A stretch of DNA of 64,000 bases. Source: an uncultured Halanaerobiales bacterium (GTDB lineage Bacteria; Bacillota; Halanaerobiia; Halanaerobiales; M55B127). The number at the start of each line of letters is the position of its first letter. The first letter of the stretch is position 1. Shown in pieces: positions 63,916 through 64,000 of this stretch. The position numbers and the translations under genes were made by a program. The notes below the pieces were generated by a model. The model worked only from the letters and a program-made list of their open reading frames with translations. It ran no database searches and was not told the origin of the DNA. The stretch is taken from positions 1,750-65,749 of the forward strand of contig CAYSHP010000002.1 of the NCBI GenBank assembly GCA_964430875.1, given 5' to 3'.

Positions 63916-64000
63916 ATGCAGAAAGAGCTACATCCAGAATTTACAGAGACTACAATTACCTGTGCTTGTGGTGAAGAATATAAAACAAAATCCACTAGAG
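63916..64000 (+). CDS. rpmE: 50S ribosomal protein L31 (Zn-ribbon form), 5' part only
   Basis: MQKELHPEFTETTITCACGEEYKTKST... is a typical L31 N-terminus with the first CxC of the zinc ribbon. SD AGAGGTG lies upstream. The gene is truncated by the window end. Confidence 0.9.
   Translation, partial: MQKELHPEFTETTITCACGEEYKTKSTR

Overview
AT-rich, tightly packed bacterial chromosomal segment with about 66 protein genes, almost all on the + strand. I recognised no rRNA, tRNA, CRISPR array, transposase, integrase or defence genes. The gene order at the 3' end (DUF1934-argS, pyrG, fba, rho, rpmE) is Bacillus/Clostridium-like. The window also carries an LPS/lipid-A-type envelope cluster, which would fit a diderm low-GC Firmicute (Halanaerobiales/Negativicutes-like); this is inference only. 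Blocks: (1) 1-12.7 kb is a lysine-fermentation locus: kamA, kamDE, kal, kce and kdd, plus a racemase, an amidohydrolase, a LysO-like membrane protein, a P-loop orphan and a flavodoxin-fold protein. It includes a PAS/AAA+/HTH sigma-54 activator and two exact-spacing -24/-12 promoters. (2) 12.7-15.3 kb holds oxidative-stress genes: fRMsr-type GAF protein, DUF4438-like protein, rubrerythrin and superoxide reductase, behind a consensus promoter with a Fur-family box. (3) mug, pgi, a membrane pseudokinase and nadE. (4) 19.5-28.3 kb is a cobalamin riboswitch plus the late cobalamin/nucleotide-loop operon. (5) 28.3-37.8 kb is an envelope glycolipid cluster: two LpxB-related proteins, a PHP phosphoesterase, an ArnT-like GT, a GT2, GtrA, an MsbA-like ABC exporter and an O-antigen-ligase-like protein. 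(6) An MFS transporter, feoAB with a Fur-like box, mrp, a ZIP transporter, a cysteine-desulfidase-like gene plus CoADR/Nox, resA-ccdA and an M18 aminopeptidase. (7) 48.8-52.2 kb is a CHASE2 class-III cyclase (catalytic residues look substituted) with a FecR-like partner, followed by a c-di-GMP-I riboswitch in front of a secreted hyper-acidic protein with a KG-repeat tail. (8) A thiol-redox trio: PDO with CQYC/CPYC, trxA and a flavodoxin. (9) Housekeeping genes. I see no single unmistakable novel system. The most promising leads are the sigma-54-wired lysine locus with its non-canonical accessory genes, the envelope remodelling cluster with a membrane-anchored PHP phosphoesterase, the cyclase/FecR/riboswitch/acidic-protein neighbourhood, two probable ATT/ATC start codons, a pseudokinase and a four-zinc-ribbon orphan. 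All functional calls rest on motif recognition by eye; no database search was possible.
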